DNA from: the human T2T-CHM13v2.0 reference genome, Homo sapiens
Assembly (NCBI RefSeq): GCF_009914755.1
Contig: NC_060947.1
DNA length: 64,000 nucleotides
Direction: 5' to 3' (one strand)
In this document: positions 17,261-30,766 of the stretch, in pieces
Layout of the letters: each line of letters opens with the position of its first letter
Numbering within the stretch: the stretch's first letter is position 1
Position numbers and translations under genes: made by a program
Notes under the pieces: model-generated
The model's database searches: none
Told to the model about the DNA's origin: nothing
What the model saw: the letters and a program-made list of their open reading frames with translations, nothing else

Positions 17261-17639
17261 TAAATATAAAAGCTCACTCGTGTTCAATGCCATAGATTTC
17301 CCAGGCATGCTTCTCAGGTTTCTGGCTCTGCTTTTGACAGCTCTGAAAAAAATATCACCCTCCAAAATCCCTGACGAAAATTTCTATTGTTAGAAAATTT
17401 TTCACTGGTGGTGATCATTAGCCTTTTGAGCCCTTGGGCTAGAACAACCCCTCCTTCTACCACAGGCCCAGCATGTTCAGAGACTTGGCTGAGACATCAT
17501 ACATAGATGGTGCCTACCTTTCTTACTCTTGTACTAGCAAATATTCTAAAATTGTCCTCTTGGGCCACAAAGCCCCCTTCTATTCTGGCTTGAACAAAGG
17601 CTTGTATGAGATAGTTGGGGAATAACCGGGGAAATTTCA

Positions 17640-17945
17640 ATATTTAGTGTGTATTTAAATGTGTACTGTGTTAGAAATTAAGAATTTTATTAGGCAGGAT
17701 AATGGTGTTTGTTTTAAGAGGGAGAATTCCTTCAGTTTTAAATATACATACCAAAGTATTTATTGGAGAAATGTCATAATGTTAATTATTTGCTTTAAAA
17801 TACTTTAACAAAAATTAGATTAAGCAAATATGAAAAAATGTTTACAATTGTTACATATAAATGAGTATGCACTTGTTCATTACACTATTCTACTTATCAG
17901 TACATTTGAAATTTTTAATATTAAAAATGAAATGAAAAACAAAGT
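17640..17945 (+). mobile_element. AT-rich old L1 (L1ME-type) 3' fragment
   Basis: Abrupt AT-rich block with GTTCATTACACTATTCT...TTTGAAATTTTTAATA resembling old L1M 3' ends. Confidence 0.4.
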
Positions 17946-19559
17946 CTATATTCCTTGTAAACAGCTCTCAAGTTATGGGCTTCCTTGCACAATCAAGTTT
18001 GAAATATTATGGTGCCCATCTTCTGTCTCTGGTCATTTTGTTATTGTGCCTCATCCTGGCATAAGAGGCTCAATGGTTTTGTGAAATGGGTGGGAGGGCA
18101 CAGTAATAAAAAATCTCCCTTCCCGGGCTGCCCCATGACTCTGACTGTACCCTTCCTAAACTCATCCAGGCCTACATGGAATATCTAAGACTCATATTGA
18201 CCTGAACTTTAGCATAAGGGAGAAGGCAGAAGATGGGTGTACTCCCAATGGTGTGTATGCGTAAGTCAACTCTTCTTGCCAACTCACTGACTTGAAAATC
18301 CTGAAGAACAGTTCTCTAACTATGACCTCCTCTACCCTCCTCACAGGATCAGTTTTGCTGACTGCCCACCACTACCACACCTCTAGCTTGCCATGTCCTT
18401 GGAAACCTTTTTTATCTCTATCAGTTGTCCCAGACATTTTATTCTGGGTCCCAAATTAGTGGAGACTTATGACCTGTATGCACACATTCAGAAGCTTTCC
18501 AAATGTATCCACACCTTCCTTGCAACCTTCTTAATTCCTCTAGCAGGATAGTATCTTATCATCTCACTGACATGAGGGTGTCAAAAGCCAATTAGGTTTA
18601 ATATGGGCAACCTTCTAATAAAGGACCAGAAAGAAGACACAAAATATGATAAGGAAGGTCACAGATGTCCCAACTTTATGACTTCTTGCCGCCTTCGGGC
18701 ACCTGCTCCTGTGTCCAAGTATCTTGACCTCCACTCACTCTAATTTGTCCCACAGACACAGCTCTAGGGCAGGGGATTTTCTCTCTGATGGAGGGCGCAA
18801 GACTTTTGTGCAGCACTATGCCTCTGCTTCTTCCCTCCTGCCATAGAGCAGGAATATAAATGTTTAAGGCTAGAACATGCTAAATGTGTTTGGGTACCCT
18901 GCTGCCACATTCCCAGCTATTCCAGACCGAGCCTTGTTACTAAGATTTGCTACAGCAACTTCATCTCATATTTGTTGTGTTTAACTAAGTGCTTGGTGGC
19001 TTCCTTTTTAAGTAGTCTAAAACAAATGCTTCGAGATGTTAGCTCAGATTCTGCCATATTTTGTCATTTTGCATTTGCTTTTCTACCTAAACCAAGATAG
19101 CATACAGTGAAGGCAATCAGTTATGAGATGCAACAGTGCAAATTCTCCCTCCCTGGCTGCCTCCCATTCTTGGCCATAATGATGGCTTTTTGAACACTGG
19201 AAAGCCTGAATGCATGCCCGAGCTTTGGTGAGGTGGAAAGTAGAAAATTGTATGGTACTCACTGACTCTTGAGTAGAGATCAGCCCTCTTCATGGATTCT
19301 GTCAACTTTTTAGAAATATCTGGCCTTTTGACAGGCAAACACATACATTTTCCTTTGGACATCAGGAGGGTAACTGTACCTTGACCTAGCTATTGTTGTA
19401 GACATCAATTTGGGGGACTGCTTGGCACGAATAACTTCCTTGTTCATGGGAAAAGTATTTTTTGTAGGGATTGAGTCACCAGCGTTCATATCAGCACTCA
19501 GGCCCTTTGGCAGAGCCATTGCTTATTGATCCAAAGGTAAGTATTTGAGCTAAACCTGG

Positions 19560-19900
19560 TCAATGACTGTGATTACCAAGGAGTCTTTAACTGGTGATGC
19601 GGAGTGGGTGACATTTTCTTTATGGTGGGGAGAGCTGGAAGTTTTGGGAGCTCCCAATCACAGTCAGTACCATGTCAAGGAAGCTGGTCTGCAGGAGGAG
19701 GCAATGAATCTCACCCTCGGAGAAAAGCAGAGTCACAGAGCACTGTCAGCATTTCTTTCTTCCTCCAGTTTTTACTGTATCCTAGTTTCAGCTCTGGTCT
19801 TCCTAAGGTTTTGAGAGATGCCCCACTACTGGTCTACTATGTTTTTCCTTTTAGTCTAAGCTGGTTGGAGTTTAGTTTCTGTGGCTTACAATCAGGGCTT
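19560..19900 (+). mobile_element. Old MaLR LTR fragment (MLT1-like)
   Basis: Ends in CTAAGCTGGTTGGAGTTTAGTTTCTGTGGCTTACAATCA, resembling MLT1 3' ends. Confidence 0.5.
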
Positions 19901-20627
19901 CTTTTCATTCCACGTTTACTAATGTCTACCAGAACTACTGTTCCTTTTGGGAAATGCTTTCATTAAGAGATTTGCATAAGGAATTTAAAAGCCTACTACT
20001 AAGATTGTGTACCATTTATGGTACATTTGGTGCTATGTGTTCTCCTCAAATGTAGCTATCATGCAAATTCCTCTAAGATCAGGAGGGAACCTATAGGTAG
20101 TTGTCTTCCTCCGGGTTTTGGTTTTAATTACCAAGGAAATGAGTAAGTTTTAAGACATGAGAACTGAGAAATCAGACTTTAGGTAATGTATTTCTCTGCA
20201 TCTTGCTCTTTGGTGTCAGGACTTTGAGCAATCTAGAAAACTTGAGTGTGCTCCTCAGTGGTGGTGGGAGGAAGGCTTTTGTTATACAGAGTATGTGGTC
20301 AGCAGCTAGTGAACAGTGTTTTCAGCCATTTTTGATCAGGCCCTACATTAAGAAATATTTACAATGCAACTCTGTGTGTGTGTGTGTGTGTATTGTTTTG
20401 TGAACAATTTTATTATATATACCTATATGGGTATGTATATGTGTATAAGTATATATGTATACATAAATATGTAATATGTATATATATACACATATATAAC
20501 CAAAATAAAAATTCACAAAAACCTTAAAATTATGATGTATAGTACAGTCTATGTTTTATTCCATTTCTGTAAAAAAATGTCGCTTATAATCCACTAAAAT
20601 CAATTTTAGAACGAACACCAGCTGTAC

Positions 20628-20990
20628 CAGCTGTTCTCAATCTTTCTGGTCTCAGTACTCTTTAACACTCTTAAAATTTTTTGAGCACATGAAAGAGGTT
20701 TTGTTCATGTGGATTATATCTATTGATGTTTACTGCATTCAAAATGAAATATGAGAATATTTTTATATACAAGCATGTATAAACTCATATTCTATTACCT
20801 GACTGATCAACTATATCATTATGCATTCTTTAGCCTCTGGAAAACTCCACTATACATTTGTGGGGAAATGAGAGTGAAACAGGCAAATGATGTCTTAGTA
20901 TTGTGATGAAAATGATTTTGACCTTGTGAACCCTCTGAAATGGTCTCAGGGACACCAGTGTGCCTAGACCACATTTTGAGAATTTTTGTA
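20628..20990. mobile_element. hAT-Charlie type DNA transposon remnant (MER119-like)
   Basis: CAGCTGTTCTCAA ... TTTGAGAAT degenerate terminal inverted repeats and recalled internal similarity. Confidence 0.55.
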
Positions 20991-22061
20991 CTAGTAAGTT
21001 ATGACCAGACTTTTTGAAAAACACTAATCTAGAAAAAGCCCAAGCTGATTACAGACAAACTGAACAAAGTAAATCCAATTAGCTAAATTTCGTTTCCCTA
21101 TGTGTTTTCCTTTTGTTCTTCCTGAGTGAGAAGGGTATTATGGTTAATTCCATAATGATTTCATATAAGATAATTAGTCTAAGCCAATCCATGCATGAAA
21201 TTCCCCTAGCAACTGGGCCAGGGGCAGTCATATCTCCTAAGTTGACTCCATCAGACTGAAAAAAAGGATTTAAATTCCATGGTTGGGGAGAGGTTTTCTC
21301 TCTCTGGGTCTTAACTAGAGATGATACTGGCAATACAGGTTTGCAAAGCTATTGCAAATGGAATGTAAAGAAAAAAAAAACCCTAGGTGTTTGAGGACAT
21401 TTAGCTAATTATACCATGCCTGAGTCTTCTTTTACCTCCAAGAAGGCATTGAAGATTTGTGAGAAAACACATTTCCTTATTGTTAAAATTTGGGGTTTTC
21501 TGCTTCTTGTAGTAAAAGGCATCCAATACACTGAGGATTTAGAGAAACCTTATGAAATATCCCATCCTGATTTTTGCTGAGTTTCAGAGTATTTTGAAGG
21601 ACAAGTTGTATATGACTCTATCTAGCACAGAACCAGCAAGTTGGTAGTTGGTGTAATTAATGAGAGATTTGCAACAGGAAGTTGTACCTCAGAGGATAGG
21701 TGCTAGGATTTCAAAGAGAAGCTACCCTTTCCCTACGAGTACTCTCTCATTTCCACCTTTGTGGCCACAGAAACTGTATTTTATTAGGGCAGGCCCTCAT
21801 TTCTTTACAGCCTTCCACTCATTTTACAAAGACCTATTCCTATGACTCTGCTCAGATGTTGCTTCTTTACACCCATCATAGCCTCAAGCACAATACAGTG
21901 TAAGTACCTATCTCCCCAATTAGACTGAGCTCATGATGGCAGGAATTGTTGTATTCATCTTTGTAGCCTTAGGACTTTTCATTGACTGATACGAAATAGG
22001 TTCACAATAAATTTGTGTTGAAAGAATAAATGAATGGTAATGAAATATGCTTTTGTAATGG

Positions 22062-22374
22062 GGGGGGTCAGCAAACTACAGCCTGTCAACCAAATCTGGT
22101 ATGGCTCATGAGCTAAGAATGGCCTTCACATTTTTAAATGGTTGAAAGAAGTCAAAAGAAGAATATTGTGTAATACATGAAAATTATATGAAATTCAAAT
22201 TCCAGTGTCTATAAATAAAGTTTTATTGAAACACATCCACACTCATTCATTTACATATTGTCTGTGTCTGCCTTCACACTGCAACAGCAGACATGAGTAG
22301 TTGTGATGAAGACCATATGGCGCACAGAGATTAAAATATTTGCTGGCTCTTTACAGAAAGTTTGCCAAGCCCTG
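22062..22374 (+). mobile_element. MER58B-like hAT-Charlie element
   Basis: GGGGTCAGCAAACT ... AGTTTGCCAAGCCCTG TIRs; internal AATAAAGTTTTATTG. Confidence 0.8.
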
Positions 22375-23897
22375 TTGTAATATCCCCTCTTTTTTTCTTT
22401 CGATAAATGTATGGCCTTTAGTCTCACTTTTTTAATTCAGTCTTTTTTTATTTTAATCACATTGCCAAATAACACATACAAGGTAAAGATGCATTTGACA
22501 AAGATTTGATAATACTTGATAACACATGATTAGTAAGGAATGCTAAATGTAAATAGAGATGAAATATCCACTATGAGATATGAATTATGCAAATGAGGTT
22601 CATTGATGAAATAAATGTTTTAATTGTCTGGCATCACTATTGCTTAATTATGCAAACATCTCATTTGATCATGTCAATATTCAGTATTTTTTAAACTGAC
22701 AAATGCCCAACACATTACCTAATTGTTGAACTTCACTTACTACACATTACAAAATTGCATCCTAAATATTGCATTGATGTATTTTGTATCAGAAGTTAAT
22801 GCATTGGTGTATTAGAACGTATTTTATACCAGAAAATGATGTATTGATGTATCAGAACATACTTTATATAGTATATACAAAAATAATGCTGATTTTTAAA
22901 TAATTGTGTATAAATAATGTACTCATAATTGGCAATAGTTATCTTGATATGTGGAAGACCATGACTTTTTTCTTCCTTCTTATACTTTTCAATTTTTCTA
23001 TATTTTGCATTTTTATAAATACCAGAAGTTTTAAACACTGAATTATTTGACCAATTTAAAATAAAACTCCCCATCTCTAAGAACTTGCTTTGCATTTACT
23101 TTTCTTCCTGCCTACTCACAAAGCTATTTGATGTGCAAAGGACTAAACCTGTGGTTTTGTGGCTGAAAATGAAAAACACAAGGAAAGGCATAGGAGCTAA
23201 GAATAAAATTAGAGGCATAGCCAACTTTCCACACAAGAATGTTTGCTTACTATTCTTGTGGGAGGAAAACACGCAAAGGCCCTTGAAATGAGAAAATAAA
23301 AGGTCACATGGTGGAACTAATTAAATAAGACACTACTTAATTGCCCTGTGGTGCACCCTGTCATGGGCTAATATGGAATTATTTTAGCAACTCCCAAAGA
23401 AATATTACATAGGTATGTATTTAAGCATGCATCTATATTTTAGTCTCTAAAGTAATTTTAGAAAGGAAAGAGTTTCAGGTCATAATTTCACTTTTCAGGG
23501 TAAATACTGATTATCAGATGAATTTTCTAAAAATTATAGAAATAGGCAAATTCTTTCTTCATTTTTCAAATTCCAGTAATCTTGACCAAGAAGGAAAATC
23601 ACAAACCTTTTGAGATTTAGTGAATTCTGTAACTCCTCTTTCAAGTAGGCTAAGAACTTAAGAGAAAATATGAGAAATGCTTATAAAGCCAACTAATAAC
23701 TGGCAGGTATTTTTTCATAAATAAAAAGTTAATTCACTGTAAAGCAAAATGTGTAATAATTTTCCAGCTGTTAGAATTGTTTAGTAACAGCACCTACAGT
23801 AAAGTGTGAAATAAATTGCTATTCTAAATAACATACATAGGTGCAGAAAAGCTACGTTGTCAAAAAGAAGTGGATATGTATGTTTTGTGTTATTCCC

Positions 23898-24240
23898 TGT
23901 GGCAGACTGCTAGAAGATCACCAGCTCCATTTCTTCTTCTTTCTGGGCACACAGCTTTCTGATATTTTCTAGTTTTCTTTGTGTTTATATGTAGCCACAG
24001 AACTGACTTCTGGCCACTAGAATGTGGGTACAGGTGATGTGGGTAGAGGTAATGTATGCTTCTTTCAAGCCTGACCACTATAGCCCTCCCACCTGCAATC
24101 CTCCATTTTTCTTCTTCTGACTGACTGGAGAGGACTCTGAGAACCTAAAAAGGGGAGGCCACAAGATGGAAAGAACCTTTGCTGCTCGGAGAAGAGCCAC
24201 CTGATCAGGCTCTTCAGTTGTTTCTGATAATTCAGTTGTT
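23898..24240 (+). mobile_element. MLT1-like MaLR LTR fragment
   Basis: TGTGGCAGACTGC start, TTCTGGCCACTAGAATGTGG and AAGATGGAAAGAACC MLT1-type motifs. Confidence 0.55.
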
Positions 24241-24271
24241 TCTGAATTATCAATCTGTCTTATATACTCCT

Positions 24272-24617
24272 TGTATTAGTCCATTTTCACATTGCTATGA
24301 AGAAATATCCAAGACTGGGTAGTTTATAAAGAAAAAAGAGGTTTAATGGACTCACAGTTCCACACGGCTGGGGAGGCCTCGCAATCATGGCAGAAGGTGA
24401 AGGGGGAGCAAAAGCATGTCTTACATGGTGGCAGGCAAGAGAGCGTGTGCAGAGGAACTGCCCTTTATAAAACCATCAGATCTCATGAGACTTATTCACT
24501 ATCACGAGAACAGCATAGGAAAAACCCGTCCCCCTGATTCAATTACCTCCCACCGGGTCCCTATGAGAGCTACAATTCAAGATGAGATTTGGATGGAGAC
24601 ACAGTCAAACCATATAA
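24272..24617 (-). mobile_element. THE1-family solo LTR
   Basis: TGTATTAGTCCATTTTCAC...GAGACACAGTCAAACCATAT; clearly homologous to LTR at 853-1214. Confidence 0.88.
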
Positions 24618-25369
24618 TGCCTCCATTTTTAGACAGGTGTTAACTATGTGCAAATGCCTGAATTCACTCTGCCTATAAGCAGAGAACTGATACCATTGAC
24701 CAGCTGCTCTGACTTAAGAACAATAATGCTCAAGAGGGATTTTCAAATTCATACCAAGCTTTTCCTATTGAGAAAATTGTTTCCTTAATTATTTAACTCA
24801 AGATAGATGCAGTGACATCTGCACTGCTAATTACCTAATGGTAAAGAAATTTGGAATCTCACTAGTTGTATTATCATAGCCCTAAATTTTTGGCTCAGAT
24901 TTAATCTGATCATCTGCAGATAAAGTAGAGAAGATCACAATACGATGCTAATATAATTCTCAAATAATCTTTCACAAAAACATTTTTCCTTTGGGATCCC
25001 AGGTCGACAAATCTCTAAGGTAATTTTACACAATCCCTTCTCATCAGGCAAGATGGATCCTCTTGAAGATCAGGGAGACTAAACTCGGAATTGTAACTGC
25101 TCTTCTGGTTTAGATATGGCTGGCAGTTCTTCTGTGGTGATGAAAAGCCAGTTAGCATCTTCCATAATCTAATTCCCCAAACACAACCAGCAATGAGTTT
25201 TGATGAATAAGGTTAGATTTTGTCAAATTCTTTTTTTCCTTGAATAAAAAGGCATATTCACTCATCCAAGCTGCTCAGAGCTGTAAATTCTGATCACATT
25301 TTGCCATGCCAAAAATATAGATATTTAATCAAAGGAAGTCAAATCAGACAATAATGGGATGTCTCAGAC

Positions 25370-26469
25370 CAAAATGACATTAAATGTTTTTATTGAACAA
25401 AAAAAGATAAAACATGGAAGTTGAATTTACTGAGCAAAAGCAGCTCTCCAGGTGAAGCTGCTATACTTTGTGCTAAATAACCTTATGAACTGAGTATACA
25501 GAATACATATAATATGCAAGTTACCTCAACAGCAAAGGAGAAGGAGTAGAATACAGTTTTTGAAGATAAAATCTGGTCAAGTGACAAATTTTGTTGCTCA
25601 AAATTTCTAGCCCTTATCCACCTAAATTCTGTATGGTTCTACATATATGCATTCAGTATGTGCATACTGAATTCCCATTTTAATGGAAGCTGCTTTTTGG
25701 AAGAATTCTTTTTAATTTCACATTTCTTTGATGTGCCACTCAATTTTTAAAAAAATTATATTTGACATATGTGCATGTGTGTATGTGTATGTATGTATAC
25801 ACACTTTAAAAACACCAAACCCTTGTTTATAAGTAGAGGGTTCATGCTGCTTTTTAAATTAATATTAGTGAATTTAAGCTACTTCTCCTGTGTGTCTAGG
25901 AAACTTTGTGTTCTCAATGCACCCACACAGTCAAGTGGGTTGACAGATATGTCAAAAATACTTTATGAAAAGAGGGAGGTAGCTCATGCGAGTTGGCAAC
26001 CTTTTGTGTATTGTTTCCTGTTCAAGCAGGCTGCCTCCCTTTGACATCTTACAGTCAAAGATGAAAGGAAAACTTTTTACTTGAAGCCTAGTGAGCACAG
26101 TTGTACATTTACTATAATCCACCTTCAACTTGGCTTATTGGGTTTACTAATGTAAGATGACAAATACCTTACACCCAATACACAGCATTTAAAAAGTACT
26201 GAAGAAACATTTTATAGACAATACTTTTTTTTTCATATGTTAAACATCAGCTTCTATGGGATACATTTCCAGAATGGTTGTGTTACCACTTTATAAACAT
26301 TCTAGGCCAAACAAAGAGCACAAATAACATCAATGTTGTCTTTTTTCCAATATCTGTATCAATTACCAGAGGGTAATCCTAACATATATACTACTTAAGG
26401 GGGAAAAAGAAGAGAATTTATGACACATTGCAAAGATAGAACTACAGCATCTTAGTTGTAGAGATGATC
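25370..26469 (-). other. KLHL13: KLHL13 3' UTR (~1.1 kb, 3' end approximate)
   Basis: Repeat-free sequence from the stop codon to the AATAAA at 25394-25389. Confidence 0.7.
25389..25394 (-). terminator. KLHL13: Polyadenylation signal AATAAA
   Basis: TTTATT on + strand preceded (transcript sense) by a U-rich tract and followed by U/G-rich downstream sequence. Confidence 0.7.
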
Positions 26470-26957
26470 TTAAGGTGCAGAAAGAGGGGACTCTCTAGAA
26501 GGTGATGGTGTGGTTTCTTCTGGTGGAAAAACTGTGAGTGTGCAAGCACGAATGCCACCAAGGGATTCTGGCAGATCAAAAACCTTATGCCATTCATCTT
26601 TATCTGGATCATATTTCTGCACTATCTCTACCATACAACGATTATTCCAAGAATACCCCCCAACCACATAGATTTTATTTTCGAAGACAGCGACCCCAAC
26701 ATCACTCTGCCCTCTTAACATGGCAGCAATTGGGGTCCACTGGTCAAGGATAGGTGAATAGTATTCACAGCTTAGGACATCATCATAATCACTTGTTCCT
26801 CTGAAGTGATTGCCACCAATGACATAGAGCCTTTCTCCCACTGTACACATGCAATGCAGACCTCTGACAGTGGTCATTGGCGCCTTCTGGATCCATTTGT
26901 CAGTATCAGGGTCAAAGCACATGAGCTCCTTTTGGAAAGTATCATGAGTAATTCCTC
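26470..26957 (-). CDS. KLHL13: KLHL13 last coding exon (C-terminal Kelch repeats and tail)
   Basis: Acceptor TTTAG|GA at 26957, phase 1; [17 protein letters not shown]...[10 protein letters not shown]; TAA at 26472-26470. Confidence 0.96.
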
Positions 26958-28863
26958 CTAAAGAATGAAAACAATAGTTTTGAAGTAAATAATTATAGAA
27001 ATGCAAAAGTAATTAAAGGAGCTCTGTCACAGATAACTTTTAGTCACATATTATGACATATACCTTATCAATACTGTTCTTAGGACTGTCTTCCCTCTAT
27101 AAATACATTCTCTGGATTAAAAGTAAAGAAAATAGCATTTTCATCTTCTTAAAGAACAAAACAATTACTTTTTTTGCAATCACTTACATTATTGCAATGA
27201 CTTTCTCAAATGTAGATCCCTGGTATTTAAAAGGCTTTGCTGAAGGAAAATATATTTTGATCACTGATAGAGTTGGGTCTGTAGTAAATTCCAACTACAA
27301 AGCATCATTCACTACTTACTGCCTTTTAGTGGGTACCCTCTGGGTACTGAGCACTGGGCTAGAGCACATTAAATTCCAGGTTCCCATTTCCTCACTTGTC
27401 ACAAAACAATATCTACTCTAGTTATTGCATCAGGATTGTGACTCTGAAGTGAGATATTTATCAAAATGCTTTGAAAAAGTTGAAAGTCTTGCACATGTGT
27501 AAAAGCTTATAAGAATATTCAGAATTGTTTATGTTTATAGAGTTTTCTGTGGGCAGAGTGAGGGTGGATAATGTCATCTCTTATCAGAATGCATATTTAA
27601 AAATCTAAAGAATTAGAATGCTGAATATACGTGGAATTTTATACATGCACCAATTTGTTGTTAATCTAATTTAGTCTGTATCATCTACAAAGTGTACTCT
27701 TAGATCACATATAAACCAGTCTCTACAATGAAAGTATTAAACGATACCTTCTGTAGACAAGGGAAAGAAGTAAGCTAATCTTTAGTCAAATCATTCAAAC
27801 CTTTACTGTCAAATGGCCAGATGCCAATCACTATCACTGTTTCCTTCTGCTTTTTAAAAATATTTTCCTTGTGCTTTACAGAATTCCCAGAAAGCAAAAC
27901 AGTGTTCATTGTTTTGAAAATCAGCTATAGTTTCTAACCACTCTTGATTGGGAAGGTCATTTCTGCAATATACGCCAGTTATGCCAAAACACCACTAAAA
28001 CAATTCAGGTGTCATTTTTCTCAGAGGAGTTGGAGCTCTCATTATAATGGTACAGCAGCTGCCCACATAAAATAGATAGATGGTGTAAATCATTGATTAA
28101 TGGGAGCATATTTATTACCTGGATGGCTCTTCCAATATAAGACATTCTGTAGTTGCTCATGAATTTAACACCAGAAACCTGCCAATCATATACTATAGGC
28201 CTTTCATTGATTCTTATTGATTAAAAATTTCATAAGGCAGTGGTCAATCAGGTCACAAATAGTGCCTTTACACCCTTGGTCTCTAGTAATGTAACTGCTG
28301 GCCTGGCACTGGCAGGCCTTCATATGGGGAAGAATTGTCCCAGGCAGAGTGTGTCAGGGCCAAATGATAATAACCTGACTAACAAAGTTAAATGTCAATA
28401 CCAGAGGTGGTCATTACATTAAAGTGAGACTTCTTCCTAAATTCTACAGGAGAATGAAAGCAGAAAATGCATTAAAAAAAGAAAGAAATTCTACAGTAGA
28501 TTGATTTAAACACCAACAATTTGAGAATGAAAGTTGCTACTGGGACACTGTGAACAAACTATAGCCATTTCAGAATTTTTTAACAGAAAAATATATCTTC
28601 ATGTGCATAAAATACAGATAATCAGCACAGAAATATTTATGCAATGACACCATAGTAGAATCCCCCTATAATGCTAAGGAAGAAGGAAACCCATATTATG
28701 GACTATACTGAAAGAGAGAATGAACATTATTATGTACTATTATGCATATTGGAAGCACGTTTTATGCATAGGAGAACTTATATGTTATATAATGATACAC
28801 TCCTTCACATAGTTTAGCTAAATCTTAAATAAAATGAATTAATTGTTGCTACAGAAACTATGA

Positions 28864-29346
<483 letters not shown>

Positions 29347-29394
29347 TAGTTAAAAGCTTATATATTATATTGTGTTCACATGATACTTGTTTAC

Positions 29395-29508
29395 CTGAAA
29401 TATACATCACTCCTCCATACACAGTTCCAGCATGGCCATAGTGGGGCTCACTCATTTTGGCAACATAGGTCCATTCATTTGTTCTTGGATTGTAACATTC
29501 TACTGTGG
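29395..29508 (-). CDS. KLHL13: KLHL13 coding exon, 114 nt (not in ORF track)
   Basis: AACAG|CC ... TCAG|GTAAAC; encodes (P)[37 protein letters not shown](G); phases 1/1 join both neighbours in frame. Confidence 0.96.
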
Positions 29509-30697
29509 CTGTTAAAAAAAAAAAGAAAAGAAAATTATTTTTAACTTCAAATTTAGCAATTAATTATTTTTCTCTTAAGTGGAACAGTAATAATATCCAA
29601 ACACTTGAAACATATCTATTATAGCTATGATAGATATGTGTAAGACTTTGGGGGAGCTCTTACAGTAATTATTGAGACTATATTAATAATATAAACCATT
29701 AGTACATGTTACATTAGACTAGATAGTGTAAGAATCTAACAAATTTCTGTCATTGCAGAAATCACTAAGATTTATTCTGTAATCTGCTTACATATTTATA
29801 ATTTGACATTTCTCCATTTTCTTTGCTCTAAAAACATAGGAAGAAAGGATGAAAAAAATCAAAAGAAATGAAAAACTCCTCAATTCTGGGTCCCCATGTT
29901 GATAGAAACAAACGTTAATACATAAGAAGCAAACTTTTACATTGAGAATGAAAATATACACACTTCTTGGTTTATGTTCTGAAGCCCACTGCTTTAATTC
30001 ATATACAGACTACAAAATGGACACTGATAATAATTTCTCTACATTTATACTTTAAAGCTAATAGTTCGTATATACCCACCATCATTGCAGCCAGTACTAC
30101 TCTTAACCTGAAGATGGTTGGCGGCATAATATGAAGATCTTTATTAAGAATACTTCCTGTCAGTAATGTATTTATCATCTTTTAACATAATGTATTTTGG
30201 AGAAGTGACCTCAACTCACTTAAGTATCTTTCAATCAGTCTGTTATAACCTCAAGAACAGAACAATGTCACCAAGAAAGATGGAAAATGTAATCACTTTT
30301 TAAAAGGCAGAGAAGCTGTTAAGAGAACTCATCAAAAGCATGAGGTCTAGATTGACTTGAAAAGTTCATATTATTTATTGCAGACACTGCCAACTGCTAA
30401 TCCAATTTCTTGCGTCCCCCAACCCTACTTTTTTAAACTAACAGAACCACAACACTGCTTAGGGAAGCACTACACCAAGCTAAAAACGAAATTTAATTTA
30501 GCAGGTTCCCTTGAAGCTTTGGTCCACCATATGATATAGTTCTGGGCAGCGACGGGTAAGCAGAAGTTTATTGAGTAGGACAATTTGATCAAGCCACTGG
30601 AATTAGGTTTAGCTACTTGCAACCAAATGCAATCCTGATGAATCAACCTTTGAATGAGATTCTCTACTTAAAAAAAAATAACATGGTGACAGGCAAA

Positions 30698-30702
30698 ACA
30701 CA

Positions 30703-30735
<33 letters not shown>

Positions 30736-30766
30736 GAGAGCGAGAGAGAGAGAGAGAGAGAGAGAG
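30698..30766. repeat. Compound (CA)n(GA)n microsatellite
   Basis: Directly visible. Confidence 0.95.

Larger units (their letters stand above)
14140..19519 (-). mobile_element. Putative ancient Ty3/Gypsy gag-pol relic (MamGypsy-like), fragmented by later insertions
   Basis: Ordered degenerate motifs by hand translation: SWECG 18904-18918; LDTGA 18704-18718; HTIGSTPI..PY 18214-18255; SWGSP 18124-18138; KLD 17992-18000; IYV(D)DV 17493-17508 (2-nt gap); LRSMPG 17300-17317; SKKLAE 16838-16855; YWW-x5-DI 14667 down; GPFVK*GRD 14551-14577; QCHGRVQHSN 14301-14330. Boundaries approximate; no LTRs identified. Confidence 0.55.

Noticed and set aside
17422-17442. LAQGLK as the RT LPQG motif
   Set aside because: Lies downstream of the YxDD-like site, the wrong order; treated as chance.
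26958-27006. N-terminal MHFYNYLLQ... of the 178-aa ORF
   Set aside because: Intronic read-through upstream of the splice acceptor.
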